A stretch of DNA of 64,000 bases from NCBI GenBank assembly GCA_965205505.1, contig CBDBHB010000008.1, positions 576,001-640,000 on the forward strand, in the 5' to 3' direction. The position numbers were made by a program, and so were the translations under genes. The DNA comes from Acidobacteriota bacterium. GTDB lineage: Bacteria > Acidobacteriota > UBA890 > WLXD01. The notes under the pieces are model-generated. The model saw nothing but the letters and a program-made list of their open reading frames with translations. It was not told the origin of the DNA and did not search any database. Below are positions 30,364-40,201 of the stretch, piece by piece (position 1 is the first letter of the stretch; every line of letters starts with the position of its first letter).

Positions 30364-30537
30364 TGCCAAAAACTGTGCCAGCGGATGGCCCGGAGCGGCG
30401 CGTTGCACGAGGCGGACTGCCGGTTGTGCCTGATGCTGCGCCCCTTCCTCGTGCCGATCCCCGGTTTGGCCTACCATCAGCGGCATCCCACGGTGACAGA
30501 CACGGGCCCCGCTGCCCATTGTGTGAGGAGTGCCGCG

Positions 30538-31038
30538 ATGAAACTCATGGGGCGAATTGTATTGACGCTGGTGTTGCTGCTCGGTGTGCCCATGTCATCG
30601 GTCAGTGATGAGGCGTCCACCCAGGGGGCCGACTCGGTCGACGCGGTACGGCAGATGTTCGTGGGCAACTACGAGCTCGTGAAACTCGAGTCGTTTCCGT
30701 CGCCCGGCGAGGTCGTTCCGCGGCACTTTATCGCTCGGATCATGTACGACGCCCACGGCAACATGGCGGCGATCGGCATGCCGAAAGATCTGCCAGAGCT
30801 CGACCGAGCGTCGGGCGACGAACGGGTACGACGTGGCTTTGCGTACTTCGGCAAGTTCCAGATCGACATCGAGCAAGGCACCGTCACCCACCACTTGATC
30901 GGCTCGCCCGTAGCGGCGCGATCGGTGGGCGAGGTCTGGGTGCGGTATTACGAGTTCGACGGCGACCTGCTGACGCTGTCCATCAAGAACGCTGAGGGTC
31001 GTATCACCAGCCAGCTAACATGGAAGAAGTTTAGATAG
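30538..31038 (+). CDS. Lipocalin-like domain protein (Lipocalin_5), secreted
   Basis: RBS GAGGAG; signal peptide; FVGNYELV, IMYDAHGNMAA, AYFGKF, QLTWKK. Confidence 0.75.
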   Translation: MKLMGRIVLTLVLLLGVPMSSVSDEASTQGADSVDAVRQMFVGNYELVKLESFPSPGEVVPRHFIARIMYDAHGNMAAIGMPKDLPELDRASGDERVRRGFAYFGKFQIDIEQGTVTHHLIGSPVAARSVGEVWVRYYEFDGDLLTLSIKNAEGRITSQLTWKKFR

Positions 31039-31603
31039 GGCGCAGCCTAGGTGATTGTTCCTGGCGCTACGGACGAGCGGAATCGAAGTTCGGTGGGCGG
31101 CTCCCGAGACTCGGCTGAGCGCGCTACGGGTCCGTCGGCACGAGCCGGTTGAGCGCGTCGAACCAGTTGGTGATTAGGGGCACATTTCCGCTGTTGCTCT
31201 GGCTACTCTGGCCGACGCTGGGGGAATTCCAGGAGCGTGCGGGGCCTCGTTGTTCGAAACCTCTATGCCTTTGTCGCTCTAGCAACTTTTTCAACGACGA
31301 AAACGCTGACCTCGAGGCGCTAGTAAATGACGATTGCCTCCTTTAGGTAGTCCAATACTGTCTCATCCGCGAAGGTCATCTCGACTGCTTGTTTGGTCTG
31401 GGGCCTTTTGCAATTGACGTGATATCGGCGAGGGGCAAGCCAGGAGACTGGCTCATCGTTCTGCGCATTCGCTCAGGAGCCTGATACAGGGACCGACGAA
31501 CTCCATAGAACAACCATGACGACGCCGCAAGACTGTCTCTTGACACGTGTAAACAGATGCCGTGTTGACGGGTATAGGTCACACCCCCTCGAGCCCGCCA
31601 ACA

Positions 31604-32905
31604 TCACCGTTTCACCGGCAAACTCGGAGCTTTCCTCCAGGGGGCCGAGTAAACAAAAGTGCCAGGGTGGTGCTGCTCCCAGTCGAACCAGTAATCCTTG
31701 ATCGCCGGTATGCGGCGCAGAGACTGACCTTCCAGCTCTCCCCCGACCGCACGCCCGGCGAAGTCCCACGTGCTGCCGGTCTGGGCGTCGACCAGGACCA
31801 AAGGCAGCGGCGTGACCTCGCCCGAATCCGGGTCGATGACGGCAGGCTCTACGGTTTGTCGAAACAAGTCGAGTACCTGGCCACCGACCTCGCGATCGAA
31901 ACAGCGCACCGACCGTCCGTCATCATCCACGACGACGAGAATCGACCGCCCGGCGAAACGATCTACGATGACGCTCGCGGCGGTCAGGGCGTCCATCGGA
32001 TACGCCTTGTCGCTTCCTCCGATCGAGACCCCGACCACGAGCGAGCGCGACTCGAAGCCGGCCGGGAGATTGGATACGGGCGGTGCAGGAACGCCGTCAA
32101 ACTCGGCGCTATCGAAGTCCTCGTCCCAGTCAACGGCGGCGTAGTGCTCCTCGTATTCCTCGTCCGGCAACAGGATGAGCGACCCGGGGTGCTCCCGACG
32201 CCAGATGGCGAGATTGACCTCATCGAAGTCGAGCATGATGAGCCGCTTGCCGCGCAGCGGGCCACGCACCGCCTCGCCGGTGACCTGCTGCCACCAAGTG
32301 CCGGTTTGCACGTCGCGCATGATGAAGTTCTGGTTGTTGATCGCGGCCAGCACGAAGGTCAGCCATCGGCCATCGACGACGGAGCTCCACACCAGACCGG
32401 TGTGGCACAGCGTTCAGTAGGTGGCAACGAACGGCTCGCCACCGAGCTCGTCGTTGACCAGATGGTGGTAGCTGAGCATCCCGACCGGGTAGGCCTTGGC
32501 TTCGCCGCCGACCTGCAGACCGAGGACCATGTTCGCGTCGTCGAGATGATCGGTGTCGGCGATCAGCCCAAACGCCAGCGCTTCGACTGGCCTGAACGCC
32601 CACTCGTACAAGTTCTGGCGTGCGATAAGCGTCGACCCCAGCAACAGTGCCAAAGCCAAGAGGCCCAGCGATTTCCCAACTCTGCCCGGTGGGCGCGGGC
32701 GGCGCCAGTAGCCGAACAAGCAAGCGGCGCCGAACAGTGAGATCGTGAGCGTCAGCGGGACCTGCCAACGGCTCAGGGCATAGGCCACGGTGAGGTCGGC
32801 GTCGCTCTGCGGGGAAAACGGCTGCAACAAGAACAACGGCGTGGCAACGATGGCGGCCGCCACGACAACCGCCGCAGCCAGCAACCACGGATACGCTGGA
32901 TGCAT
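31604..32905 (-). CDS. DUF3179 selenoprotein (about 433 aa; UxxC motif; N-terminal TM helices)
   Basis: ORFs 32414-32905 and 31604-32392 share one frame, separated only by TGA at 32416-32414: AKAYP..HHLVND..FVATY-U-TLCHTG; then MRDVQTGTWWQQVTGEAV, second KAYP, YWFDW; SECIS-like hairpin follows. Confidence 0.85.
32387..32416 (-). promoter_or_regulatory. Bacterial SECIS-like element
   Basis: UGA ACGCUGUG CCACACC GGUCU GGUGUGG: 7-bp stem, G-first apical loop about 15-16 nt after the UGA. Confidence 0.75.
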
Positions 32906-33165
32906 CGCTCTCCTGTCAGGCTCCGGCTTCTGCGCCTCGTGTCTGGGACCGATTCTCCGAACTTACATCAAGTCAGTCGGGAGTGCTGCTGAACGATGCG
33001 ATCGATGTGCCCACGTCCCATCGCTGGCGACCGCGCTGGCTATCGCCAGGGCACCGCTCCTGCGTGCCGGCGGCCGCGACGATTCGTCCCTCACCAACTC
33101 CGAAGTCGTCTAAACTCTGCCAGCCTGCCGGTTAACTTGAGAGTTCTCTCCGGAGGCCGCTGCCC

Positions 33166-34527
33166 CTACACCGCGATCATTTCCAGTGGCAACTCCGAGA
33201 GGCGTCGCGGACCTTCGGCCTCATAAACGAACGTGTCGATGAGTGGGCCTCGCATCCACAAGCTCTCATAGTTCGTGACCGTGCCGATTGGAATTGCCCA
33301 TTCAGCTGGATCAGCGTCAACCCCACTGAGCGACGGCCCTCCTTCCGCGACGGTAAAAACGAAGTTCCCCACCCAATCCGGCGGGAAACTGATGCCGAGC
33401 TCGTAGCCTAAAGCCCAACCTGTGCTGCCCCACAGGCCGGTGGTTCTGTAGTAGTCCAACAGAGCGTCATTGATCTCCTTGAGGGTCGCCCCGGGCTTGG
33501 CCGTCTCGCAAAGAACGTCAAACGATCCGGCCGACTTCTCGTGGTCTCTTATCATCTCGGCCGAGGGCTCGCCTACGATGTAGCTTCGGTACCCATTGGC
33601 ATGATAACGGTGCACGACACCACAAAGGTCGGCGCCGAAAACGTCACCGGCTTTGATGCGCCGGCGCGACGGCAAGATATGCGACCGACGACCTGCGCCC
33701 CACGCCCCTGTCCCTCCGCGCCACACGCCCACGCCTTGGATGAGAGCGGGCGTCTCGCCGCCGGCAACGTACATCGCCCGCATTGCTTCGCCGTAGACCT
33801 CCAACTCCGTGACTCCCGGTCGAAGCGTCGCTTTGATCGCCTCAAGACCAATATCGCAGATACCGGCTGCTTCCTCGATGTAGGCAATCTCCTGCGGAGA
33901 TTTGACCAGCCTGACCTCTCGCAGCACATCGCTACCGTCGACGACCGTACAGCCCCGCCCTCGGAACCCCCCTTGGAAACGCGCGCTGATCGCGGGGTTC
34001 GGTCGATAGCTCCAGAGCTCGACACCGACGTTGCCACCCAGCCAGCCGCTCGACTCGAGCTCCGCGAGCATGAAGTCCACCTGGTCTTGGCCTCGGAAGT
34101 AGCGGATCTCCACCGGGGCCGGACTTCCTTCCAGAAGGTGGCTGTGATACCGGTCGTCAAAGTGGATCACCTTGTCGTGATCGACATGCACCGCGGTTCC
34201 GGACATGGCAGGCCAAGCCATGGGCGAGTTCGCCTGATACCAACTCGAGGCCATGCCGTGCAGATAGCAGATGCCCTCGGGCATCATCACCCACAATAAG
34301 TCGATGTTGTCCTGCGCCATCCTCTTGCGCACACGTCGAAGGCGATCCTCGTACTCTGCTGCGGAGAACGCAGGGCGCCTCTCGTCGACTCCGACGGATT
34401 CGGACGCTCGACCTTGCCCACGATTGGGCGAGTGGCCAGCGAGCGCTATGCTGCTGGGGGTGCCGAGCATCAATGCCGCGGTCGACGAACCCATGAATGC
34501 GCGCCGGTCGAACTTGTGCTTCTTCAT
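33166..34527 (-). CDS. Tat-exported M24/creatinase-like hydrolase
   Basis: DRRAFMG Tat motif; FSAAEYEDRLRRVR; RLVKSPQEIAYI; pita-bread fold motifs with substituted metal ligands. Confidence 0.8.
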   Translation of the reverse strand: MKKHKFDRRAFMGSSTAALMLGTPSSIALAGHSPNRGQGRASESVGVDERRPAFSAAEYEDRLRRVRKRMAQDNIDLLWVMMPEGICYLHGMASSWYQANSPMAWPAMSGTAVHVDHDKVIHFDDRYHSHLLEGSPAPVEIRYFRGQDQVDFMLAELESSGWLGGNVGVELWSYRPNPAISARFQGGFRGRGCTVVDGSDVLREVRLVKSPQEIAYIEEAAGICDIGLEAIKATLRPGVTELEVYGEAMRAMYVAGGETPALIQGVGVWRGGTGAWGAGRRSHILPSRRRIKAGDVFGADLCGVVHRYHANGYRSYIVGEPSAEMIRDHEKSAGSFDVLCETAKPGATLKEINDALLDYYRTTGLWGSTGWALGYELGISFPPDWVGNFVFTVAEGGPSLSGVDADPAEWAIPIGTVTNYESLWMRGPLIDTFVYEAEGPRRLSELPLEMIAV

Positions 34528-34878
34528 AGAGGCCTCCAGGCCCCTACGTCAACGGCCGTATGGGGCCACTGAATACGTGACATGTGGGTGGCCCGTGGTG
34601 CCAGCACGCGAGCGGTGGCGCGTCGCGGATCTCGCGAGGGCGCCGTCCCCCGCCGTTCGCCGGGCGAGCGGGTTCGTCGTGACGCCCGCGATCGACAAGC
34701 CGAGGCCTGTGGCAACAGGCTGATATCGAAGCATAGACCCGCGGTTTTCTCCAGGGATTCACAAGGGGGGTGATGACCAAGCTGTTCCTGCGAGTCTCCA
34801 GCTACGATAGCGGCTTCGGATCATCTGGAGTCGCATGATTCAGAGTGGCTGTTTCCGAACCATACCGGCGAACGACCG

Positions 34879-35181
34879 ATGCACGAGTCGACGATGTACG
34901 CGGCGTGGAAGCGTATCAAGGAGGCCGCTGGCGTCTCGGCCAAGCTGAGGCTGCACGACTTCCGTCACGGTGGTGCCACGGACCTGATCGGCAGAGGAGC
35001 ACCAAGAGCGATGGTGCAAGCACTGCTACGTCACAAGACCCGTGTGATGACGGACCGCTATACGCACCTCACCGAGAAGCACGCGGCGAGGGCAATTGCT
35101 GTGCGTGAGAAGGTGGCCCCTTTCGACCCAAACCGTGCCAAGAACCGTGCCAAAGCATCCTCGGATGGCACGAAGGGCTGA
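34879..35181 (+). pseudogene. Tyrosine integrase C-terminal remnant
   Basis: LRLHDFRHGGAT...VQALLRHKTRVMTDRYTH (H-x-x-R, H, Y); N-terminal domains absent. Confidence 0.85.
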
Positions 35182-35373
35182 ACCTCGAATCGCTTAAGTC
35201 CTTTCTTTTCAGTAGTACCGAGGGAGGGACTCGAGATTCTGCTAAGTGGTTGATGGCGCACGGCTTTCGCCGTTTCTCACTGACAGCAATCCACTTACAG
35301 CGGTTCAAGTAGTCGACTCCAGTCTACTGGTGTCTACTGGAGTGAACCCAGTCGTGGAGACGTTTTGGAGACG
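35131..35373. repeat. Paired short direct repeats flanking the att core (probable integrase arm-type sites)
   Basis: AACCGTGCCAA x2 (35131, 35143); GTCTACTGG x2 (35322, 35332); TGGAGACG x2 (35355, 35366). Confidence 0.6.
35214..35234 (-). other. att core: tRNA-Leu 3' end fragment (copy 2), just downstream of the integrase remnant
   Basis: AGTACCGAGGGAGGGACTCGA identical to 23627-23647. Confidence 0.78.
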
Positions 35374-35413
35374 GCGGTGAGCGGGCGGTGCTGACAGATT
35401 CGACTGAGCGACC

Positions 35414-35890
35414 CTACGGGTCCGTCGGCAAGAGCCGCTTCAGCTCGTCGAACCAGTTCTGGACGATCCTGATCTCCCGAGGTCGTTCGGGATCCGCCAG
35501 CACCATCACAAAGCTCTGACCGTCTGAAGCGACATCCCAATTCTGATAGATGTCCGCCACGTAGTCGCCCTCGAAGAGCATCCGAGGTGCGCTGGCCTCG
35601 AAGTCGCCTTCTGTTTCAACGCCGACCACCATCACCTGCCTTCCCTGCCGATAGAAGAGCTCACGCCCATCGGGGGACCAGAGAGGGTCGGTGCCGCCGT
35701 TGGTCGAAATTGGACTTGTCACCCCCCAAAAGCCGAGCTGTTGGCTATCGGGGGAGAAGAACGGCGCTCTGGCTTGCTCTGTGCCGTGGATAGGTGTGGC
35801 CGGAGCCAAAGCTGGCGGTTGGCGTTGAATACCAGCGACCGGCCATCGGGTGAGATCGCAAAGCCCAGGGTGGAGGTGTTTACGAAGCGT
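35414..35890 (-). pseudogene. Internally deleted C-terminal fragment of a Ser/Thr kinase-TolB-like (PD40) protein
   Basis: AISPDGRSLVF / PFFSPDSQQLGFW / PLWSPDGRELFYR...NWFDELKRLLPTDP*, with deletions between blades. Confidence 0.7.
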
Positions 35891-38524
35891 CCGAGCGTCG
35901 CGCGCCGCGACGCCGAACAGCATGCTCTGCACGTCTTACACCGGCGGTGGCCAGCGAGCCGAGAATGCCGACGGTCAACCCCAGCGCTGCCAGTCGCGAT
36001 CCGTCGCCCAGCACCATACGTACGATGGTGTCGCCGCGAGCGCCCAGCACCATGCGCACGCCGATCTCGTGCACGCGCTGGCTGCCAGTGCCTCCGAGTA
36101 AGCCATCACGCCGTACACACCGATGCCGGTAAGCAACAGCGCCAGGCCGCCGAATAGCGACAACAGCGTCAGGCTGAACCGCCGCGGGGCGAGACGCGCG
36201 GCGGCGGCGGCGCGCATCGTCTGGATCTCGAAGAGCGGTAGGTCGGGGTTGAGCGCCCGCGCCACACTGCGGATCTCGGTGGCCACTGTCATGGGCTCGG
36301 CCGCGGTGCGGCACTACCAGGTCCATTCCCCAATCGCCAAAGTGGCCGAAGCGCGCTTGCGCCAGCGTCGTGTAGATCACCGGGTCGGTGGGCTGCTCGA
36401 GGTCGGTGAGCCGAACGTCGTCGACGATCCCCACGACGGTGTACCAGGCGGCCGACGGATTCTCGGGGTCTTCCATGGTGATGCGGCGCCCGAGAGGATC
36501 CTCGTCGCCGAAACCAGCCGCCGCAGCCGAGACGCTCAGCACCGCGACCCGCTCGGCACCCAGATCATCGTCGGCGCGGAGCAATCGGCCGCTCAGCAAC
36601 GGAATACGTAGGGTACGAAGGTAGCCTGGGACAACGACCCGCGCGGAAGCCGGCGGCAACTCGTCGAGTGCCAATGGCTTGCCCTCGACGTTGAAGCGCG
36701 CGTTCCACATGTTGCTCGCCCCGAAGGGGCGCCGGTTGACGATCGCGGCGGAGCGCACCCCGGGCAGCGCGTCGACGCGCCCCAGCAGCTGTCGATAGAA
36801 CTCCCCTACCTCGACCCGCTCGGCTTGAAGCCGAGCGATGAGGTCGTCCAGATCGATTTGCCCGGACGGCGAGAACATCGGCGGCTCGACTCGTAGTGTG
36901 AGCAGGTTGCTGACGTCGAAGCCCGGATCGACGTCGACCACGTTGGCGAAGCTACGCACCAACAGCGCGGCACCGGTGAGCACGATGAAGGCGACTGCTA
37001 TCTGCCCCACCGCAAAAACTCGCCGCATGCGCTCCCCACCGGCGCCTACCGCCGACCTGGCGGAGCGCATCGGCAACATTGCTGCGCGCCGAGCGCCACG
37101 CCGGCGCAACACCGAAGACCACGCCCACCGCCGTGGAGACCGCGATCGAGAACAGCACCACGGTGGCATCCAACGAGATCTCCTGCGAGCGTGGAATCGC
37201 CGCCTCGCCGAGCCGCACGATGGGGCGCAGTAGCAGCTGCGCGAGCGCCAGCCCGTTGGCGCCGCCGAGCATTGCAAGCACCATGCTCTCGGTCATGAGC
37301 TGTCGTACGAGGCGCCCGGTGGAGGCGCCCAGCGCCACCCGCAACGCCATCTCGCCGCCGCGTACCGAGGCCCGGGCGAGCAACAGGTTCGAGACATTGG
37401 CGGCGGCAATCAACAGCACCATGGCAACGATCGCCTGAACGATCAGCAGCTGGCGCGGCGCCGAGCCAATAGAGCTGTCGAGCAATGGCTCGACGAACCC
37501 CTGCATGGTGCCGTTGGACTCGGGATATTCCTGCGCCAGCGCCGCCATGATCCGGTCCATATCGTCGCGCGCTTGTTGCAGCGTCACTTCAGGAGCCAAG
37601 CGCGCGATGGCGCGCACCCAGTACGAGGCTCGCGGACCAACGTCGACGAGGCGTATGTCCCAGGGCTTCCACACATGAGTTCCGGTGGGAAACGCGAATC
37701 CGGCCGGCATGACCCCCACCACGGTGAGCGGCCGATCGTCGAGCACGATCTCCTGGCCGAGCGCAGCAATCGCGCCCCCGAAGCGGCGCATCGCCAGCCC
37801 GTCGCTAATGAGCGCCACACCGTCCGCACCGGGATGGTCCTCCTCGGCCGAGAGATCACGGCCCGCCGCCGGCGGCGTCTGTAGCGTTGATAGAAACGGC
37901 GACGAGACCATCGTGTACTGCACGCGCTCGGGCTCGTTACTGCCCGTCAGGTTGCCGGCACGCGTTACGTACACCGCCATCGGCCCGAACACGCGATTGC
38001 GCTCTTGCCAGTCGACGAAGTCGTGCGCCGACACACCGTAGCGCAGCCAGCCCCGTTGCGGCTGGCTGTCCCACAGCGCCACCAAGCGCTCCGATCCCGG
38101 ATACGGCAAGGGCCGCAGCCACACCGAGTTGAGCACGCTGAAGATCGCTGCGGTGGCCCCAATGCCGAGCGCCAGGGTCAGAATTGCCGCGACCATGAAC
38201 CCGGGGCTCAGTCGCAGGGCCCGTAGCGCGTACACGACATCCTGTCCGAGCGATGTCAGCAGGCGGCCCGAGTGTTGCTCAGGCCTATCGGCTCGCCCGC
38301 CTGCACGCTCGCGCACCGCGAGCAGCAATGTCTCCATCAGCGATCGCACGGCGAAGACGAGCGCCGAACCCTCGCCCGCGACCACGTGCAGCGAAGTAGC
38401 CGTCGCTGAACGCGTCGAGCTGGTCGCGACCGAAGCAAGCGCGGACCCGCGCTGGGTACACGAGCAGACACAGGCCGTATAGGCGCACCGCGAAGGGACG
38501 CCGGCCGCGCCGTAGCTGCTTCAT
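35891..38524 (-). pseudogene. ADOP/MacB-type ABC permease, several frameshifts and 3' truncation
   Basis: QDVVYALRALRLSPGF..ALGIGATAAIFS; AANVSNLLLAR; GVYGVMAYS; split across ORFs 38285-38524, 36952-38385, 35880-37277, 35975-36292. Confidence 0.85.
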
Positions 38525-38886
38525 CCGGACCGTGCTCCCGGGATCAGGTGGCGCGCCCGCGCCGCGCTCACCTGCTGCTCGAGCCGTGCTGCCTCGGCCT
38601 TCGCGGCGGCGCGCCCGATCGCGGTGATGCGATAGACGCGGCGGCGCTCGTCATCGGTCTCAACAGTGGCGCGATGCCCGATCTCCTCGATCAGCTCGCC
38701 AGATAGCATGCTACGCAGGTGGCGGTACAACGTTCCCGGCAGCATGCTCACCGCGCCGTCACTCCGTGCCGCCACGTCGCGCATGATCACGTAGCCGTGG
38801 CTGTCGCCCTCGGTGAGCCGCATGAGGATCTCGAAGACCTCGGCTTTCAGGGGACCCGCTGTACCAACTTCGTCGCTGCGTATCAT
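38521..38886 (-). CDS. PadR family transcriptional regulator
   Basis: HGYVIMRDV, PGTLYRHL, DERRRVYRITAIGR; stop overlaps the permease start. Confidence 0.9.
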   Translation of the reverse strand: MIRSDEVGTAGPLKAEVFEILMRLTEGDSHGYVIMRDVAARSDGAVSMLPGTLYRHLRSMLSGELIEEIGHRATVETDDERRRVYRITAIGRAAAKAEAARLEQQVSAARARHLIPGARSG

Positions 38887-38908
38887 CGGCGTCCTGGAAT
38901 CAGTGTCC

Positions 38909-38945
38909 ACACGATTCATGTATACACGATTCATGTATAGACGAT
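38909..38945. promoter_or_regulatory. Tandem 15-bp repeat upstream of padR (putative operator)
   Basis: ACACGATTCATGTAT x2 plus a partial third copy AGACGAT. Confidence 0.55.
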
Positions 38946-39009
38946 CACGGTAGGGCGATGCAAGGCACTAGCAGGCTAGGAATGCGACCCGGAGCGGAAG
39001 TGTGGCCTG

Positions 39010-40200
39010 CTAGAAGAACCAGGACAGCCGCAGGTTCAAGAAGCTGTCGCGGTGAAACGGGCGCAGGTTGTTGAGCGGGTCAACGCCGAGAAACAAGCGA
39101 CCCTCGAGCTCCAGATCGAGATGGTCGGAGATGCGGCGCTCGGCCTCGACGCGCGCCGCTCTGGAGCCGTCCTGCACGTCGATGACGGCGCCGGCGAGCA
39201 CCTGGGTGTCCTGCACGTCGTTCAGCGCCAGCCGTCCACCGAGGAACAGATCGTGGTCGAAGGGGGTCACCGGGGCGGTGGCGTCGCGGCCATCGACGAG
39301 GAATTCCGTCAGCAGGCCCACATCGGCAGCGCCCCCGCCGAGCTGGTAGAGGGTGTACTCGAACCCGGCCACAGCCGCCGCGAAGGTCCTTCCCTCGCCT
39401 TCGCGCACCACCGCTTCCAGCTTCCAGAGCCAGGCGTCGCGCGTGTACTGAATGTCGAGGCCGAGCTGGTTGATGTTGCGGTAGGTTGGTACCAGCGACC
39501 TACCGCGGTCCCCGACGGTGAGGCCCGGCTCACGGCCGGTACCGTGGAACAGGTGCACGCCGAGGTCCCAATCGCCCAGGTAATGCGAGTAGCGCAACGC
39601 CAGGTCGAGGTCGCGGCGCCCATCCGGGAACCGTCCCTCCCGGCGCACCGGAAGCGGCAGGCCGGGTCGTCCTTCGGGACCGGCGAACGTGCGCTCGCGG
39701 AACCCGAGCAACACTTAGGCATCGAGACGGCCCCAGTCGCGCTGCCAGCCAACGTTGACCATCGCCTGTCCGAGCTTGTCTTCCTCGTCGATGTCCTCGA
39801 GTAGATCGGTCTGATTGATGATGTCGACCAGGTGGCGCGACTCGGTGACGCCCCAGAACACGCGATTGAACCCGGCGAGCACCTCCCAATCCCCCTGCAC
39901 CGTGCGCCAGTAGGCCTCGCGCAGGTCGAAGTGGGTACGCTCGTCGTCGCATGCGTCGACTCGAACGAACGGGGAGAGCTTGAACTGATGCGCGCGGTTC
40001 CCGGTGCGGTACCCGACCTCGGGGGCAAGCACCCCGGACAGCTGTAGGCCGGAGAACTGTCGCTCGTTCGCCGGCGACTGCAAGAACAGCCTGGGCTCCA
40101 ATGCCACGAAGCCACTGAGGTCGAACCCCTGGGCCGCCGCCTCGCCGGCGCCACCCAGCAGGGCGGCGCCGGCCACGATGACCATCGTCAGGAATCGCAT
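39010..40200 (-). pseudogene. Outer-membrane beta-barrel protein of the MMPL/LolA-like cluster, with a premature TAA
   Basis: Signal peptide; DLREAYW..VFWGVTESRHLVDIINQTD; in-frame TAA at 39717-39715, then GFRERTF...LRLSWFF (terminal Phe). Confidence 0.75.
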
Positions 40201-40201
40201 C

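Noticed and set aside
31100-31600. Short ORFs between the lipocalin and DUF3179 genes
   Set aside because: No RBS or motif support; likely remnant sequence.
39715-39717. In-frame stop in the beta-barrel gene as recoding
   Set aside because: The codon is TAA, not TGA or TAG; the context suggests TAC(Tyr)-to-TAA; no SECIS-like hairpin.
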